Source: an uncultured archaeon
GTDB taxonomy: Archaea > Iainarchaeota > Iainarchaeia > Iainarchaeales > JAAZKV01
DNA length: 32,000 bases
Assembly: GCA_964551375.1 (NCBI GenBank)
Contig: CAZKBG010000001.1
Location: 480,001 to 512,000 of the forward strand
Direction: 5' to 3'
Shown here: one piece after another, positions 1-9,301 of the stretch
How positions within the stretch are numbered: the stretch's first letter is position 1
How the letters are laid out: each line of letters opens with the position of its first letter
Program-made: the position numbers and the translations under genes
The notes under the pieces: model-generated
What the model was told of the DNA's origin: nothing
The model's database searches: none
The model's input: only the letters and a program-made list of their open reading frames with translations

Positions 1-2
1 CA

Positions 3-746
3 AACAAAAAAGCGCCTTTAAAAAATTTAAGAATTGAAATAGTCCCTGATTCAGAATCAAGCGCGACAAGCGAGTGGATTAGATTTGCAGAGCCAAGCGC
101 AGAAAGCCGCCTTGTAAAAACAGCCGACGAATTACTGCCAAACACCACGCTCACAGTGACTGTGTTTGTTGAACCCCCAATTGAATCAAAAATAGGCGAT
201 TCGTTCCAGGGAAGCTTCAAAATTAACGCATTATCAATGAACGGAGAAGTGTCAAAAGTAATGAACTTAGAAGTTACAAAAGAAATCAAAGCGCTCCTCA
301 ACCTTGTGATTACACCACAAAATCCATCAATAACATGCAAAACAAGCGACAGCATATGCACAACACTCCAATACAGAAATGTAAGCGGAACTCCGACAGC
401 ATACCTTGAAAATGTGGGGGATATAACAATACTAAAGCCAATAAATATTGCAATTGATGTTTCAGACCCTACAACAAGCACGCTTTGCACTTCATGGATT
501 TCAACATTCAACCCAGATTCAGGAATGCCTGACGGAGCAGGCGGGTACAACATACAAAAAGATTTGACTGCAAAAGGAACAACAGGAAGCAAAACTTCTG
601 TTGAAATGGATATTACATCAGTGATTACAGACGAATCAACACAAATAACATGCCCAATAAAATACACTTTCACAGACCCAACAACTGATTTAGTAAAAAC
701 AAGCAAACTTTCAATGACAATAAAAAGAACAATAAGCACATCATAA
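3..746 (+). CDS. C-terminal part of a hypothetical, probably surface/extracytoplasmic protein; continues upstream of the window
   Basis: The 156..746 ORF frame stays open back to nt 3 (NKKAPLKNLRIEIVPDSESS...), so the annotated Met is unlikely to be the start. Thr/Ser-rich beta-type sequence. Confidence 0.75.
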   Translation, partial: NKKAPLKNLRIEIVPDSESSATSEWIRFAEPSAESRLVKTADELLPNTTLTVTVFVEPPIESKIGDSFQGSFKINALSMNGEVSKVMNLEVTKEIKALLNLVITPQNPSITCKTSDSICTTLQYRNVSGTPTAYLENVGDITILKPINIAIDVSDPTTSTLCTSWISTFNPDSGMPDGAGGYNIQKDLTAKGTTGSKTSVEMDITSVITDESTQITCPIKYTFTDPTTDLVKTSKLSMTIKRTISTS

Positions 747-819
747 AAACCGGCTTTTTTAAATTATTCAACCCCCCAACCAAAAAGCTTTTTATTGTAC
801 AAACCCCAAATACTATCGC

Positions 820-1440
820 ATGCCAATTGAACAAATAAAGCCTATACGCTATACTGACGGCTATGAAAGCGCTGAAAAAGAAGACGATGAAATAGTACTA
901 CCTTCGCTTAGTGAACTTCGAAAAAAAACAATGGACAAAGAGAAAACCATTGAAGACTCCCACAAGCAGATTCACACTGCAATTAAATCAGCCGCCCTTC
1001 CTCGAAAATCATCCGAAAGATACGACAAACAGTTTGGAAAAAAGAACGAACGAAGAGCATACAAGTGGGCAATCGCATTATTCTGCATCGCAATTGTAAT
1101 AACATTCTTTGCCCAGCCAAGCATAGTATTCACAACATCAGGAAGCGCGCTCCTGCTAAAAAATTACTCAGGAAGGGAAATAACTAATGTAACTGTTTTC
1201 ACTTCAGATGATTTATTAAGCTCTCAAAAAACGCCTTATGCAGTTTTTGACAGCATCAAACCGTTTGAAGAAAAAGAAATAAAAAGCGACAAAGTCCGAA
1301 TGCTCATAGCCCTAAGCGACAGACAGCTTCCCGCAGTAGGAGTTGCGCCAATTTCCGACCAAAACATTAATAATGACAAAAACTCTAATACTCCTGCAAG
1401 CCTAAATGATATTTACAACCAAGTAAAGGGTGGACAATAA
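820..1440 (+). CDS. Hypothetical single-pass membrane protein with charged N-terminal tail
   Basis: Complete ORF with one hydrophobic segment (WAIALFCIAIVITFFAQPSIVF). Its stop overlaps the next start (TAATG). Confidence 0.8.
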   Translation: MPIEQIKPIRYTDGYESAEKEDDEIVLPSLSELRKKTMDKEKTIEDSHKQIHTAIKSAALPRKSSERYDKQFGKKNERRAYKWAIALFCIAIVITFFAQPSIVFTTSGSALLLKNYSGREITNVTVFTSDDLLSSQKTPYAVFDSIKPFEEKEIKSDKVRMLIALSDRQLPAVGVAPISDQNINNDKNSNTPASLNDIYNQVKGGQ

Positions 1441-2096
1441 TGCCTGCTGATGAAAAAAGCATAATAAAAATAATCCAGAAAATGGTACAGGACAACGAGC
1501 CTGAACAAAAAATAGTTGAAACCCTTCAAAGCATGGGAGTAGAACAAGACCAGGCAAAAAGACTCTTATTGATTGCGCAGGCGGATACTTTCACTCTTCT
1601 TGGAGCGGAGCTTGATAAAATTGTTGCAGAAAAAATGGCTGTTCAAAAAGAAATCCTGCAAAAAGAATCCGCAGCATTTATTAATAATGTTTTAGAGCAA
1701 AAGAAAAAAGAAATACGAGTTGAAATGGAGAAAGAGCTCCTTAGATACAAAACAGATTTGTTTGACAATCAGAAAAAATTCCAGGACAGCATTAACGAAT
1801 CCATCGAAAAAATCGCAAAACTAAACGAGCAATCCTACGCGATGAGCGAAGAAAACAAAAAAATGATAGAAACTGTGAATAAAGACTTGTCAGAGACAAA
1901 ATTAAAGGGAATAAAAGTAAGGCGCTCAATTGCAAGAACAATGCTAATGGTATTTGGAATAGCTGCATTTTTAGCCGCAGGCGGGTTAATAGTTTACACG
2001 CTCTTTGTAACCCAATTCAACATGGACCACTTGACAAGCGCAATAGTGCTGGCAATAATAGGCGCTGCGCTCACATATCTTTCAACTAACATCTAA
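1440..2096 (+). CDS. Hypothetical coiled-coil protein with two C-terminal transmembrane helices
   Basis: Complete ORF; Lys/Glu-rich heptad-like middle, then LMVFGIAAFLAAGGLIVYTLF and LTSAIVLAIIGAALTYLS hydrophobic segments. Confidence 0.8.
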   Translation: MPADEKSIIKIIQKMVQDNEPEQKIVETLQSMGVEQDQAKRLLLIAQADTFTLLGAELDKIVAEKMAVQKEILQKESAAFINNVLEQKKKEIRVEMEKELLRYKTDLFDNQKKFQDSINESIEKIAKLNEQSYAMSEENKKMIETVNKDLSETKLKGIKVRRSIARTMLMVFGIAAFLAAGGLIVYTLFVTQFNMDHLTSAIVLAIIGAALTYLSTNI

Positions 2097-2202
2097 AACA
2101 AAATCCCTCAACGCTTTTAACTTACTTTTAAAGTGCTTTAAAACGCTTCAGCAGAGCTTTTTATTCCTTTCTTAGACAAATTTTGTATAAGAGTTGAACA
2201 AA

Positions 2203-3708
2203 ATGGCAATAGACAAGAAAAAGGACTTTCAATTAGAACTGGCAAAATACTTATCAGAAAAAGACTTTGTATACGGACCAGAGCCAGAACTATATACTCC
2301 AGTGGCAGGATTTTATTCATACGGACTTGTTGGAAAAGCAATGAAGAACAAGCTTGAAAACACAATCAGAGAAGTATTTACAAGAAACAATTTCTTTGAA
2401 GTTGAATTTCCTCTTATTACTCCAGAAATAATCTGGGAAGCAAGCGGACACTTAAAAGGATTTAACGACCCTATAATCATATGCTCAAAATGCAAGGGCT
2501 CATTTAGAGCGGATAAATTAATTGAAGAACAGACCGGAATTTCAGCAGACCACTTTAAAGATGCTGAATTAATTTCAACAATAAAAGATAAAGAAGTAAA
2601 CTGTCCTTCATGCAAAGGCAGATTCAATCTTGAAATACAAAGACAAAGCCTTATGATGAAAACAACAATAGGAAAAGATGTTGTCGCATACAACAGACCT
2701 GAAACAGCAACAACAACTTACCTGCCCTTTAAGCATTATGTAAGTTTTTTCAGAGGAAAATTGCCTTTTACAGTTTTTCAAATAGGAAAAGCATTCAGAA
2801 ACGAAATCTCTCCAAGACAGCACCTATTAAGGCAGAGAGAATTCACACAGGCAGAATCGCAGATGTTTTTAAGCAAAGAAATGAAAACTGACTTTGCGTG
2901 GTTTAATGATGTAAAAGAAACAGAGCTTCCGCTTTGGACTGAAGAAATGCAAAAAACAAAAAAAGAATGGAAATTTATTTCGCTTTCAAAAGCAATGGAA
3001 CAAAAATTTTTAAAAAACAAAGCATATGCATGGAACTTGTGGCTTTCTTATGAAATATTAACAAGCGCGGGAATTCCAAAAGAAAAAGTCAGATTCAGAC
3101 AGCACCACTCCGACGAGCGCGCATTCTATTCCGATGACACATGGGACCTTGAAGTTCAGTTAAACTCATTCGGCTGGGTTGAAATGGTTGGAATAAGCGA
3201 CAGAACAAATTATGACTTATCCCAGCACTCAAAATTCTCAAAACAGGAGCTGACTGTTAGAACTGAAGACGGCAAAGTATTCATCCCAGACGTTATTGAG
3301 ATAGCCTTTGGAGTGGACAGACCATTTTACGCCCTCCTTGACATAGCATTTTTTAGAAGAGAAGCGGATGCGCAAAGAACAGTGCTCTCACTCCCGCCAA
3401 AAATGGCACCAATAGAAGTAGGAGTACTCCCTCTTTTGAAAAAAGACGAACTTCCAGAAAAAGGAAAAGAAGTTCTTAATGCGCTTAAAGGATTTAGAAC
3501 ATACTACGACGAAAGCGGAAGCATTGGAAAGAGATACTCAAGGCTTGACGCAATAGGAGTGCCTTACTGCATTACAATTGACCACGATTCATTAAAAGAC
3601 AATTCAGTAACAATAAGAGAACGCGACACATTAAAACAAATAAGAGCAAAAATACCTGACTTGGCAGTTAAATTAAGAAACGCAATAGATGCTGGAAAGC
3701 TTGAATAA
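2203..3708 (+). CDS. glyS: Glycyl-tRNA synthetase (archaeal/eukaryotic alpha2 type)
   Basis: ELYTPVAGFYSYGLVGKAMKNKLENTIREVF, Zn-type CSKCKGSFRADKL...CPSCKG, FQIGKAFRNEISPRQHLLRQREFTQAE, ELQLNSFGWVEMVGISDRTNYDL-like motifs. The track start 2194 is TTG; ATG at 2203 (MAIDKKKD) is preferred. Confidence 0.95.
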   Translation: MAIDKKKDFQLELAKYLSEKDFVYGPEPELYTPVAGFYSYGLVGKAMKNKLENTIREVFTRNNFFEVEFPLITPEIIWEASGHLKGFNDPIIICSKCKGSFRADKLIEEQTGISADHFKDAELISTIKDKEVNCPSCKGRFNLEIQRQSLMMKTTIGKDVVAYNRPETATTTYLPFKHYVSFFRGKLPFTVFQIGKAFRNEISPRQHLLRQREFTQAESQMFLSKEMKTDFAWFNDVKETELPLWTEEMQKTKKEWKFISLSKAMEQKFLKNKAYAWNLWLSYEILTSAGIPKEKVRFRQHHSDERAFYSDDTWDLEVQLNSFGWVEMVGISDRTNYDLSQHSKFSKQELTVRTEDGKVFIPDVIEIAFGVDRPFYALLDIAFFRREADAQRTVLSLPPKMAPIEVGVLPLLKKDELPEKGKEVLNALKGFRTYYDESGSIGKRYSRLDAIGVPYCITIDHDSLKDNSVTIRERDTLKQIRAKIPDLAVKLRNAIDAGKLE

Positions 3709-3733
3709 GAAAAAAATAGAAAAAGTTGATTAT

Positions 3734-4570
3734 ATGGACAGCAGAACTGAATTAAGAAAAAAACTACTCGCAAAAACACGCGAAAAAATAAATGAAAAAC
3801 TTGCTGGACGCGAAATTCACATAATTAAAGCGGTAAACTTACTAAGCGACCTTGATTCAATTGAAAATTTAATGAAAGAAAATGCGAGCGAGTGGAAAAG
3901 CCGAGCTCCAACTGGAAAAGCCCTTACTGAATACACTGAGCTTGAAGAAAACTCCAAAAAAATCGAGGCTGAAAAGGCAAAGCTTTCAGAATTTGTAGTA
4001 AACGAAATGAAACTCGAATTTCCAAACTTCTCGGAAATCGCAACTCCAATAATCGGAGCAAAACTTCTCTCAAGCGCAGGCTCTAAAAAAAGATTATGCT
4101 TTATGCCAGCGTCAACAGTGCAGGTTCTTGGAGCTGAAAAAGCATTATTTGCGCATATGAAACAGAATGCGAAAAGCCCAAAGCACGGACACTTATTCAA
4201 CCACCCACTGCTTCAAAAGCTTTCAAGGGGAAAAAGAGGAAAAGCGGCAAGAGTAATAGCAGGAAAACTTGCAATTGCGCTGAAACAGGATTACTTTAAA
4301 GGCGAGAATACTTCAAAAGAAGTAATAAAAGAACTTGAAATTCATATTGCAAAAATTGCGGCAGAGCCTGAAAAAGAAAAAGCACGCCCAGGAAAAGACG
4401 AACGAAGACACACAAGCTTTTCAGATTACCAGCAGAATAGAAACAGGCCGATGCAAAGAAGCGGATTTGGCGACAAAAGAGAAACAAGCTCAAGAGATAA
4501 AAGAAATAGAAGAAACGACAAGCCAAAATTTAGAATTGAAGGAACCCCATCATTTCAAAAACGAAAATAA
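3734..4570 (+). CDS. nop5: Nop5/Nop56-58 family C/D RNP core protein, short form (coiled-coil plus Nop domain)
   Basis: Nop-domain signature IIGAKLLSSAGSKKRLCFMPASTVQVLGAEKALFAHMKQNAKSPKHGHLFNHPLLQ; basic tail; directly upstream of fibrillarin. The track start 3689 overlaps glyS; ATG at 3734 is an alternative. Confidence 0.9.
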   Translation: MDSRTELRKKLLAKTREKINEKLAGREIHIIKAVNLLSDLDSIENLMKENASEWKSRAPTGKALTEYTELEENSKKIEAEKAKLSEFVVNEMKLEFPNFSEIATPIIGAKLLSSAGSKKRLCFMPASTVQVLGAEKALFAHMKQNAKSPKHGHLFNHPLLQKLSRGKRGKAARVIAGKLAIALKQDYFKGENTSKEVIKELEIHIAKIAAEPEKEKARPGKDERRHTSFSDYQQNRNRPMQRSGFGDKRETSSRDKRNRRNDKPKFRIEGTPSFQKRK

Positions 4571-4630
4571 ACGAGTCAGCTAAATTCACTAATTAAGCCA
4601 AAAATCAGCATTTTTTTCCACTATAAAAAA

Positions 4631-4640
4631 CTATTAAAAG
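4631..4640 (+). promoter_or_regulatory. Putative TATA box for flpA
   Basis: ctattaaaag about 28 nt upstream of the ATG at 4663. Confidence 0.45.
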
Positions 4641-4662
4641 CACAAACTACCACATGTAGCTT

Positions 4663-5328
4663 ATGAAAGAACTCTTTGACGGAATCTTTAACAATGGAAA
4701 GTCAGTGTACACAAAAAACCTAATTCCTGGAAAAAAAGTATATGGTGAAAAGCTTGTCAAAGAAAATGGCACAGAATACAGAGAATGGGACGCTCACAGA
4801 TCAAAATACTGCGCCGCAATAAAAAACGGGCTTACTGAAAGCATTTTCCACCGCGGCGAGCACGTTCTTTATTTAGGAAGCGCAGAAGGAACAACAGTAA
4901 GCCACGTATCAGACATAGTTGGAGAGGAAGGAAGCGTATTCTGCATTGACATAAGCGAAATAGCAATGATGAAACTTGTAAAACTTGCAGAAGAGCGGGC
5001 AAATATTATGCCAATCGTGAGCGACGCACAGAACATCAAAAATTACAAAGAGACTATTAATGAAATAGCAGGTGAAGTTGATTCACTTTTCCAAGACATA
5101 TCCCAGCGCAACCAGGCGGAAATATTTGTAAGAAACGCCGATTGCTTAAAAAAAGGCGGACTTGGGGCATTAACTATCAAAACCAAGAGTATTTCCCAAT
5201 CCAAAGGCAAAGACGAAGTCCTTGAAAACGAAACCGAGCTTCTAAAAAAAGCATTTGATATAATACAAATAGTGAATCTTGAGCCTTTTGAAAAACACCA
5301 CTATATGGTTTTAGTAAAAAAGAAGTGA
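4663..5328 (+). CDS. flpA: Fibrillarin-like rRNA/tRNA 2'-O-methyltransferase
   Basis: YREWDAHRSKYCAAI, VLYLGSAEGTTVSHVSDIVGEEG, ANIMPIVSDAQ, FQDISQRNQAEI motifs; adjacent to nop5. Confidence 0.95.
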   Translation: MKELFDGIFNNGKSVYTKNLIPGKKVYGEKLVKENGTEYREWDAHRSKYCAAIKNGLTESIFHRGEHVLYLGSAEGTTVSHVSDIVGEEGSVFCIDISEIAMMKLVKLAEERANIMPIVSDAQNIKNYKETINEIAGEVDSLFQDISQRNQAEIFVRNADCLKKGGLGALTIKTKSISQSKGKDEVLENETELLKKAFDIIQIVNLEPFEKHHYMVLVKKK

Positions 5329-5975
5329 ATATAATGATAAAATCTGCAAAACACACTCGCAAAAAAATTCAAAATACCCCTAACCCGATAAAAACAAGAC
5401 TTCCATTAAGCGAACTAAAAAGAAAAATAATCCACATACTGTTTGGAATGATATTTATCTCGCTTATTTATTTCACAGGCACAGAAATGAGCTTAAAAAT
5501 TTTAGGAATATGCCTATCTCTTGGAGTAATATTTTCTCTGATGATAAAGAAAGGAATGAACATTCCATTTTTGAAAAATATTGTGGAAAGTGTTGAGAGA
5601 GACAATGAAAAAATATTCCCAGGCAAAGCGGCAGTATATTTCTTTATCTCCGCAATAATTGTTTTATTTATTTTCAAAGACAATCCGCAAATAGCTCTTG
5701 CCGCATTAAGCGTTGAAATATTCGCGGACGCAGCAGCAGCGCTTGTTGGAATGAGCTTTGGAAAAATAAGAATATACCGAAAGAAAACGCTTGAAGGAAC
5801 GCTTACCTGCTTTATTGTGGCAACAGTAACCGCATGGTACTTCTTCCCAATGCAGCTTCCAATAGCAATAATAGCCGGAATTGTGGCAACCATAGTAGAA
5901 GTGCTTCCACTTGATGATAATTTGTGGGTGCCCTTAATTACAGCAACCGCGATAAAAGCTGCGCTAATGTTCTAA
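5325..5975 (+). CDS. SEC59/dolichol-phytol kinase-like or CTP-dependent polyprenol kinase family integral membrane protein
   Basis: LKRKIIHILFGMIFI start motif, multiple TM segments, EIFADAAAALVGMSFGKIRIYRKKTLEGTLTCFI typical of this family. GTG start at 5325; ATG at 5334 is an alternative. Confidence 0.75.
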   Translation: MNIMIKSAKHTRKKIQNTPNPIKTRLPLSELKRKIIHILFGMIFISLIYFTGTEMSLKILGICLSLGVIFSLMIKKGMNIPFLKNIVESVERDNEKIFPGKAAVYFFISAIIVLFIFKDNPQIALAALSVEIFADAAAALVGMSFGKIRIYRKKTLEGTLTCFIVATVTAWYFFPMQLPIAIIAGIVATIVEVLPLDDNLWVPLITATAIKAALMF

Positions 5976-6062
5976 AACAGCCAAAAAAACACCAACCAAA
6001 AAACAATATAAAACTTCACTTCAAAAGCATCTATAATAGCAAAGCTAAATGCCAAAACTTAT

Positions 6063-6134
6063 AGGCTGGTAGTATAGTGGATAGTATCGCGCACTCCTAA
6101 GGCGTAGACCCGGGTTCAATTCCCGGCCAGCCTG
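6063..6134 (+). tRNA. tRNA-Arg (anticodon CCT)
   Basis: Acceptor AGGCTGG (6063-6069)/CCAGCCT (6127-6133), T arm CCGGG-TTCAATT-CCCGG, anticodon loop CTCCTAA. There is an A-G mismatch at the top of the anticodon stem. Confidence 0.85.
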
Positions 6135-6140
6135 TAAAAA

Positions 6141-6443
6141 TTAGTCTGTTTTATGCTCGCCAAAAACAATTGTAACTTCTTTTAATAAAACTATCAAAGA
6201 AATAATTGCAACCAGCAAAAACAGCCAGTACCCTTCAGCAGTTCCCCTGAAAACATCTCCGCTGATTGTTCCCCAAATCTGACCTGCAGAAATCAAAAAT
6301 GCTGCAAGCGAAACAACAAGCGCGGCTTTATCGCTATCCCTTTTGTTCTTTTTATTAAAAAAGAAATAATACGCTACAAAAAGGAAAACAAAAAAGAGGA
6401 TTATGCTCATGTCCCCAAACCAGCTGCCAAAGAAATTAACCAT
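6141..6443 (-). CDS. Small hypothetical membrane protein (about 100 aa)
   Basis: Hydrophobic segments after MVNFFGSWFGDMS. The track start 6575 adds an implausible leader overlapping the opposite-strand gene; ATG at 6443 is preferred. Confidence 0.55.
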   Translation of the reverse strand: MVNFFGSWFGDMSIILFFVFLFVAYYFFFNKKNKRDSDKAALVVSLAAFLISAGQIWGTISGDVFRGTAEGYWLFLLVAIISLIVLLKEVTIVFGEHKTD

Positions 6444-6538
6444 ACAAAAATAGTGACAAAAACTGTATTTATACTTAATTGCGCGGGCTATGAGAAGCTT
6501 TTTATTGGCAAAAATCGTAATAAGAGTGGCGATTAGAT

Positions 6539-7423
6539 TTGGCTGATTATTTATACGACCACTCAAAAAAACCAATTAGAATACTCGGGATAGCCACAGC
6601 AAAAAGACGAAAGTACGAATGCGCGGCAGAAGACCCCATTAGCACTGAATTATTAAAAATTACACTAAAAGAAGCTGAAAAATCAGGCGCAGAAACACAG
6701 CTTATTGATTTGCACGACTTAAAAATAGGCGCATGCAAAGAATGCTACTCATCGTGCCCTGCGCAGTGCAGATTCAGCGAAAAAATATTCCGATGCGACT
6801 GCTACGTGCGAACACATGACCATTTATACGCAAAAAAAGGAGGGGCTATGAAAATAGAAGACGCTTATGACAAGTTAAGCAAAAAAGAATTCTTTGAAGC
6901 ATACAATGATGAAGGAATGTTTTCCCCGCGCGATGATATGCATTTAGTTTACAAAGCAATGATGAACGCCGATGCAATAATATTTTCTTCATTCACAAGC
7001 TTTTATTCCCGCCCCGCATTAATGCAGGTAATGCTCTCACGTTTATGCGCGCTTGACGGCGGAGTGGAAGAACTCTGGGGCGACGGCAAGAATCTAAAAG
7101 CATCATACGCGTACGTAAAGAAAAATGGAAAATATAAACAAAGGCTTTACGGCAGGCATGTTGGGTTCATTAATTCAAGCAAAGAAGGCGACATGGTGAC
7201 TCCTGATTTACTAAAAGCATGCACTATGATGGGAATGAAAAATATTCCTCTTGGAGTATCATACCATGTGTCATGGTACAATGACGCAAGCCACAAAACC
7301 GACAAAAAAAGCGCGCTCAACGACAAATACACTCTGCGCCTCGCAAAAGAAATGGCTAAAAAAATGGTTGAAGAAATAAAACAAAGCACACGCAAATACG
7401 GCAAAATTGTTGATTTAGTCTAA
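6539..7423 (+). CDS. NADPH-dependent FMN reductase/iron-sulfur flavoprotein family oxidoreductase
   Basis: RILGIATAKRRKYE...TELLKITLKEAEKSGAETQLIDLHDLKIGACKECYSSCPAQC flavodoxin-like N-terminus with Cys cluster; NADAIIFSSFTSFYSRPALMQVMLSRL. TTG start. Confidence 0.8.
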   Translation: MADYLYDHSKKPIRILGIATAKRRKYECAAEDPISTELLKITLKEAEKSGAETQLIDLHDLKIGACKECYSSCPAQCRFSEKIFRCDCYVRTHDHLYAKKGGAMKIEDAYDKLSKKEFFEAYNDEGMFSPRDDMHLVYKAMMNADAIIFSSFTSFYSRPALMQVMLSRLCALDGGVEELWGDGKNLKASYAYVKKNGKYKQRLYGRHVGFINSSKEGDMVTPDLLKACTMMGMKNIPLGVSYHVSWYNDASHKTDKKSALNDKYTLRLAKEMAKKMVEEIKQSTRKYGKIVDLV

Positions 7424-7445
7424 ATCGCACGCCAAGCGCAGCAAA

Positions 7446-7745
7446 TTACCTGCCGAACTTTTTCAAATCAATAAAGCCCTTTTCTGAAATCTTAATTCCC
7501 TCTTTTCTAAGCTTCGCTATTTTTGCTTTTGTTCCAAAAGCATACCCTCCGACAAAACCATCGCTTCTAACTACCCTGTGGCAGGGAACTTTTTGAGTGT
7601 CGGGATTTTTATTCAGCGCATTTCCAACAGCTCTTGCTGAATTAGGAATTCCAACAGTCTTTGCAATCGCAGAATAAGTTGAAACTTTCCCTTTAGGAAT
7701 TTTTGCGCACATAGAATAGACTTTTTTGGCAAAAGATTGCACCAT
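7446..7745 (-). CDS. ogt: Methylated-DNA-[protein]-cysteine S-methyltransferase-like protein (short form)
   Basis: IPKGKVSTYSAIAKTVGIPNSARAVGNALNKNP and active-site motif PCHRVV with GG(Y/F)AFG. Confidence 0.88.
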   Translation of the reverse strand: MVQSFAKKVYSMCAKIPKGKVSTYSAIAKTVGIPNSARAVGNALNKNPDTQKVPCHRVVRSDGFVGGYAFGTKAKIAKLRKEGIKISEKGFIDLKKFGR

Positions 7746-7802
7746 AAAGAAAACGAAGTAATAGAAATCATTATTAAGTCCATCTGAAGCAATATATCTA
7801 AG

Positions 7803-8519
7803 ATGGATAAATTAGCAATGACAATAGCCGGAGAAATAACTCTCTCAAGCGACCCTGGCGGAAGCATGAAAAAATGGAGAGAAATATTCGCAGTCCACCA
7901 GACGGAACTTGCCGGATTTTTAAAAGTGTCATCTTCAACAATTTCAGATTACGAAGGAGGAAGAAGAAAAAACCCTGGAATAGGCGTAATTGCAAGATTT
8001 GTAAACGCATTAATTGATATTGATAAAAACAGAGGCGGAAAGGTAGTAAAACAGCTTGAGAAAGACTTTGCGCAGGAAAGAAGCACCGCATTTGAAAGCC
8101 ATGAATTCACTTCAGGATTAAAAGCAACTGAGTTAGTAAAAAAAGTAAACGGGGAAGTTGTATGCCTGCCTCATAAAATAAAAGAAGAAACAGTTTTCGG
8201 CTACACAATAATTGATTCAATCAAAATGATACTAGAAGTTCCCGTTCATGAATACATGATGATTTACGGCAAAACTCCGAACAGAGTGCTTGTATTTAGG
8301 CACGTTGAAAACGGAAGAAGCCCAATGATTGCGGTAAAAGTGGGAAGATTCTCAACAGATATGAAACCCAGCATGATAATTCTAAACGGAGTATTCAGCG
8401 CGGATAAACCTGTTGACCCGCTTGCAATAAAAATTGCTGAAAGCGAGAAGATTCCGCTTGTAACAACAGCAATGCCGATTGAAGAACTAATTAAAGCTCT
8501 TGGCGAATTTGAGAAATAA
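7803..8519 (+). CDS. Archaeal XRE-type helix-turn-helix transcriptional regulator with C-terminal conserved domain
   Basis: MKKWREIFAVHQTELAGFLKVSSSTISDYEGGRRKNPGIGVIARFVNAL HTH_3-like. Confidence 0.8.
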   Translation: MDKLAMTIAGEITLSSDPGGSMKKWREIFAVHQTELAGFLKVSSSTISDYEGGRRKNPGIGVIARFVNALIDIDKNRGGKVVKQLEKDFAQERSTAFESHEFTSGLKATELVKKVNGEVVCLPHKIKEETVFGYTIIDSIKMILEVPVHEYMMIYGKTPNRVLVFRHVENGRSPMIAVKVGRFSTDMKPSMIILNGVFSADKPVDPLAIKIAESEKIPLVTTAMPIEELIKALGEFEK

Positions 8520-8549
8520 AAAAAGCTTAAAACAAAAATAATAATATAA

Positions 8550-9257
8550 TCATTTTTTTATCAAATAAGTAATCCTATATTTCTGAGTTCTGTCCTCTTC
8601 TTCCCCAATAAGTTTCTTTGACAGCTTTGGCGTAGTTTTGTATAACTTTGCAAGTTTTCGTGCAACTCTATTAGCCGCTTTTTTTGAGCCAATCCACAAA
8701 TCATACCCAGTAGGACCCTTTTGAGTCTTAACAACAGCTGAAAGAGAATCCTTTGACTGCTCGCTTGCCAAAAACTCTTTAGCAATCTGCATCATAGGCT
8801 CAGCGTCTTCAGCGCTTGAAGAGCGGAGCTGAATAATCGCTTCACGATAATTTGAAACAAGCTTCATGCACGAATCGCACGAAACTTTCTGAAGGAAAAA
8901 CTCATAATCCTTCTTTTCTTCAAGAAGAACCTCATTAATAAAACCGGTTACATTAATGTGAGCAACAAAATCAACCTCTGTTAAAGGCTCAAGCTCAACA
9001 AACACTTTCGCCTGCTCAACATCAGAATTAACTTTCACTTTAGCAACAACGGCAGTGGCAACTAATTCATGGTTGTACTGTTCCCACCTGCCCTTCACCC
9101 TGATTTTCCCGCACTTAACGCACCGCTCAATTTCAAAATCTTTAATGCTAAAAAGAGAATGCTTCTTAAAATAACAATTAGCGCAAATACCGCTCACAAG
9201 AGAATCAGTGACTTTTCCGCACTTTGCGCAAAACTTTTCAAAACTCATTAAAAACAC
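8550..9257 (-). CDS. nmd3: NMD3-like ribosomal export/maturation protein
   Basis: N-terminal zinc motifs CAKCGK...CANCYFK and CVKCGKIRVKGRW, with C-terminal KGPTGYDLWIGSKKAANRVARKL. Confidence 0.88.
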   Translation of the reverse strand: MFLMSFEKFCAKCGKVTDSLVSGICANCYFKKHSLFSIKDFEIERCVKCGKIRVKGRWEQYNHELVATAVVAKVKVNSDVEQAKVFVELEPLTEVDFVAHINVTGFINEVLLEEKKDYEFFLQKVSCDSCMKLVSNYREAIIQLRSSSAEDAEPMMQIAKEFLASEQSKDSLSAVVKTQKGPTGYDLWIGSKKAANRVARKLAKLYKTTPKLSKKLIGEEEDRTQKYRITYLIKK

Positions 9258-9301
9258 GCTAAAAATAAACCAGCTAAAAAACCCAAACTAAAAAAAATTT
9301 T

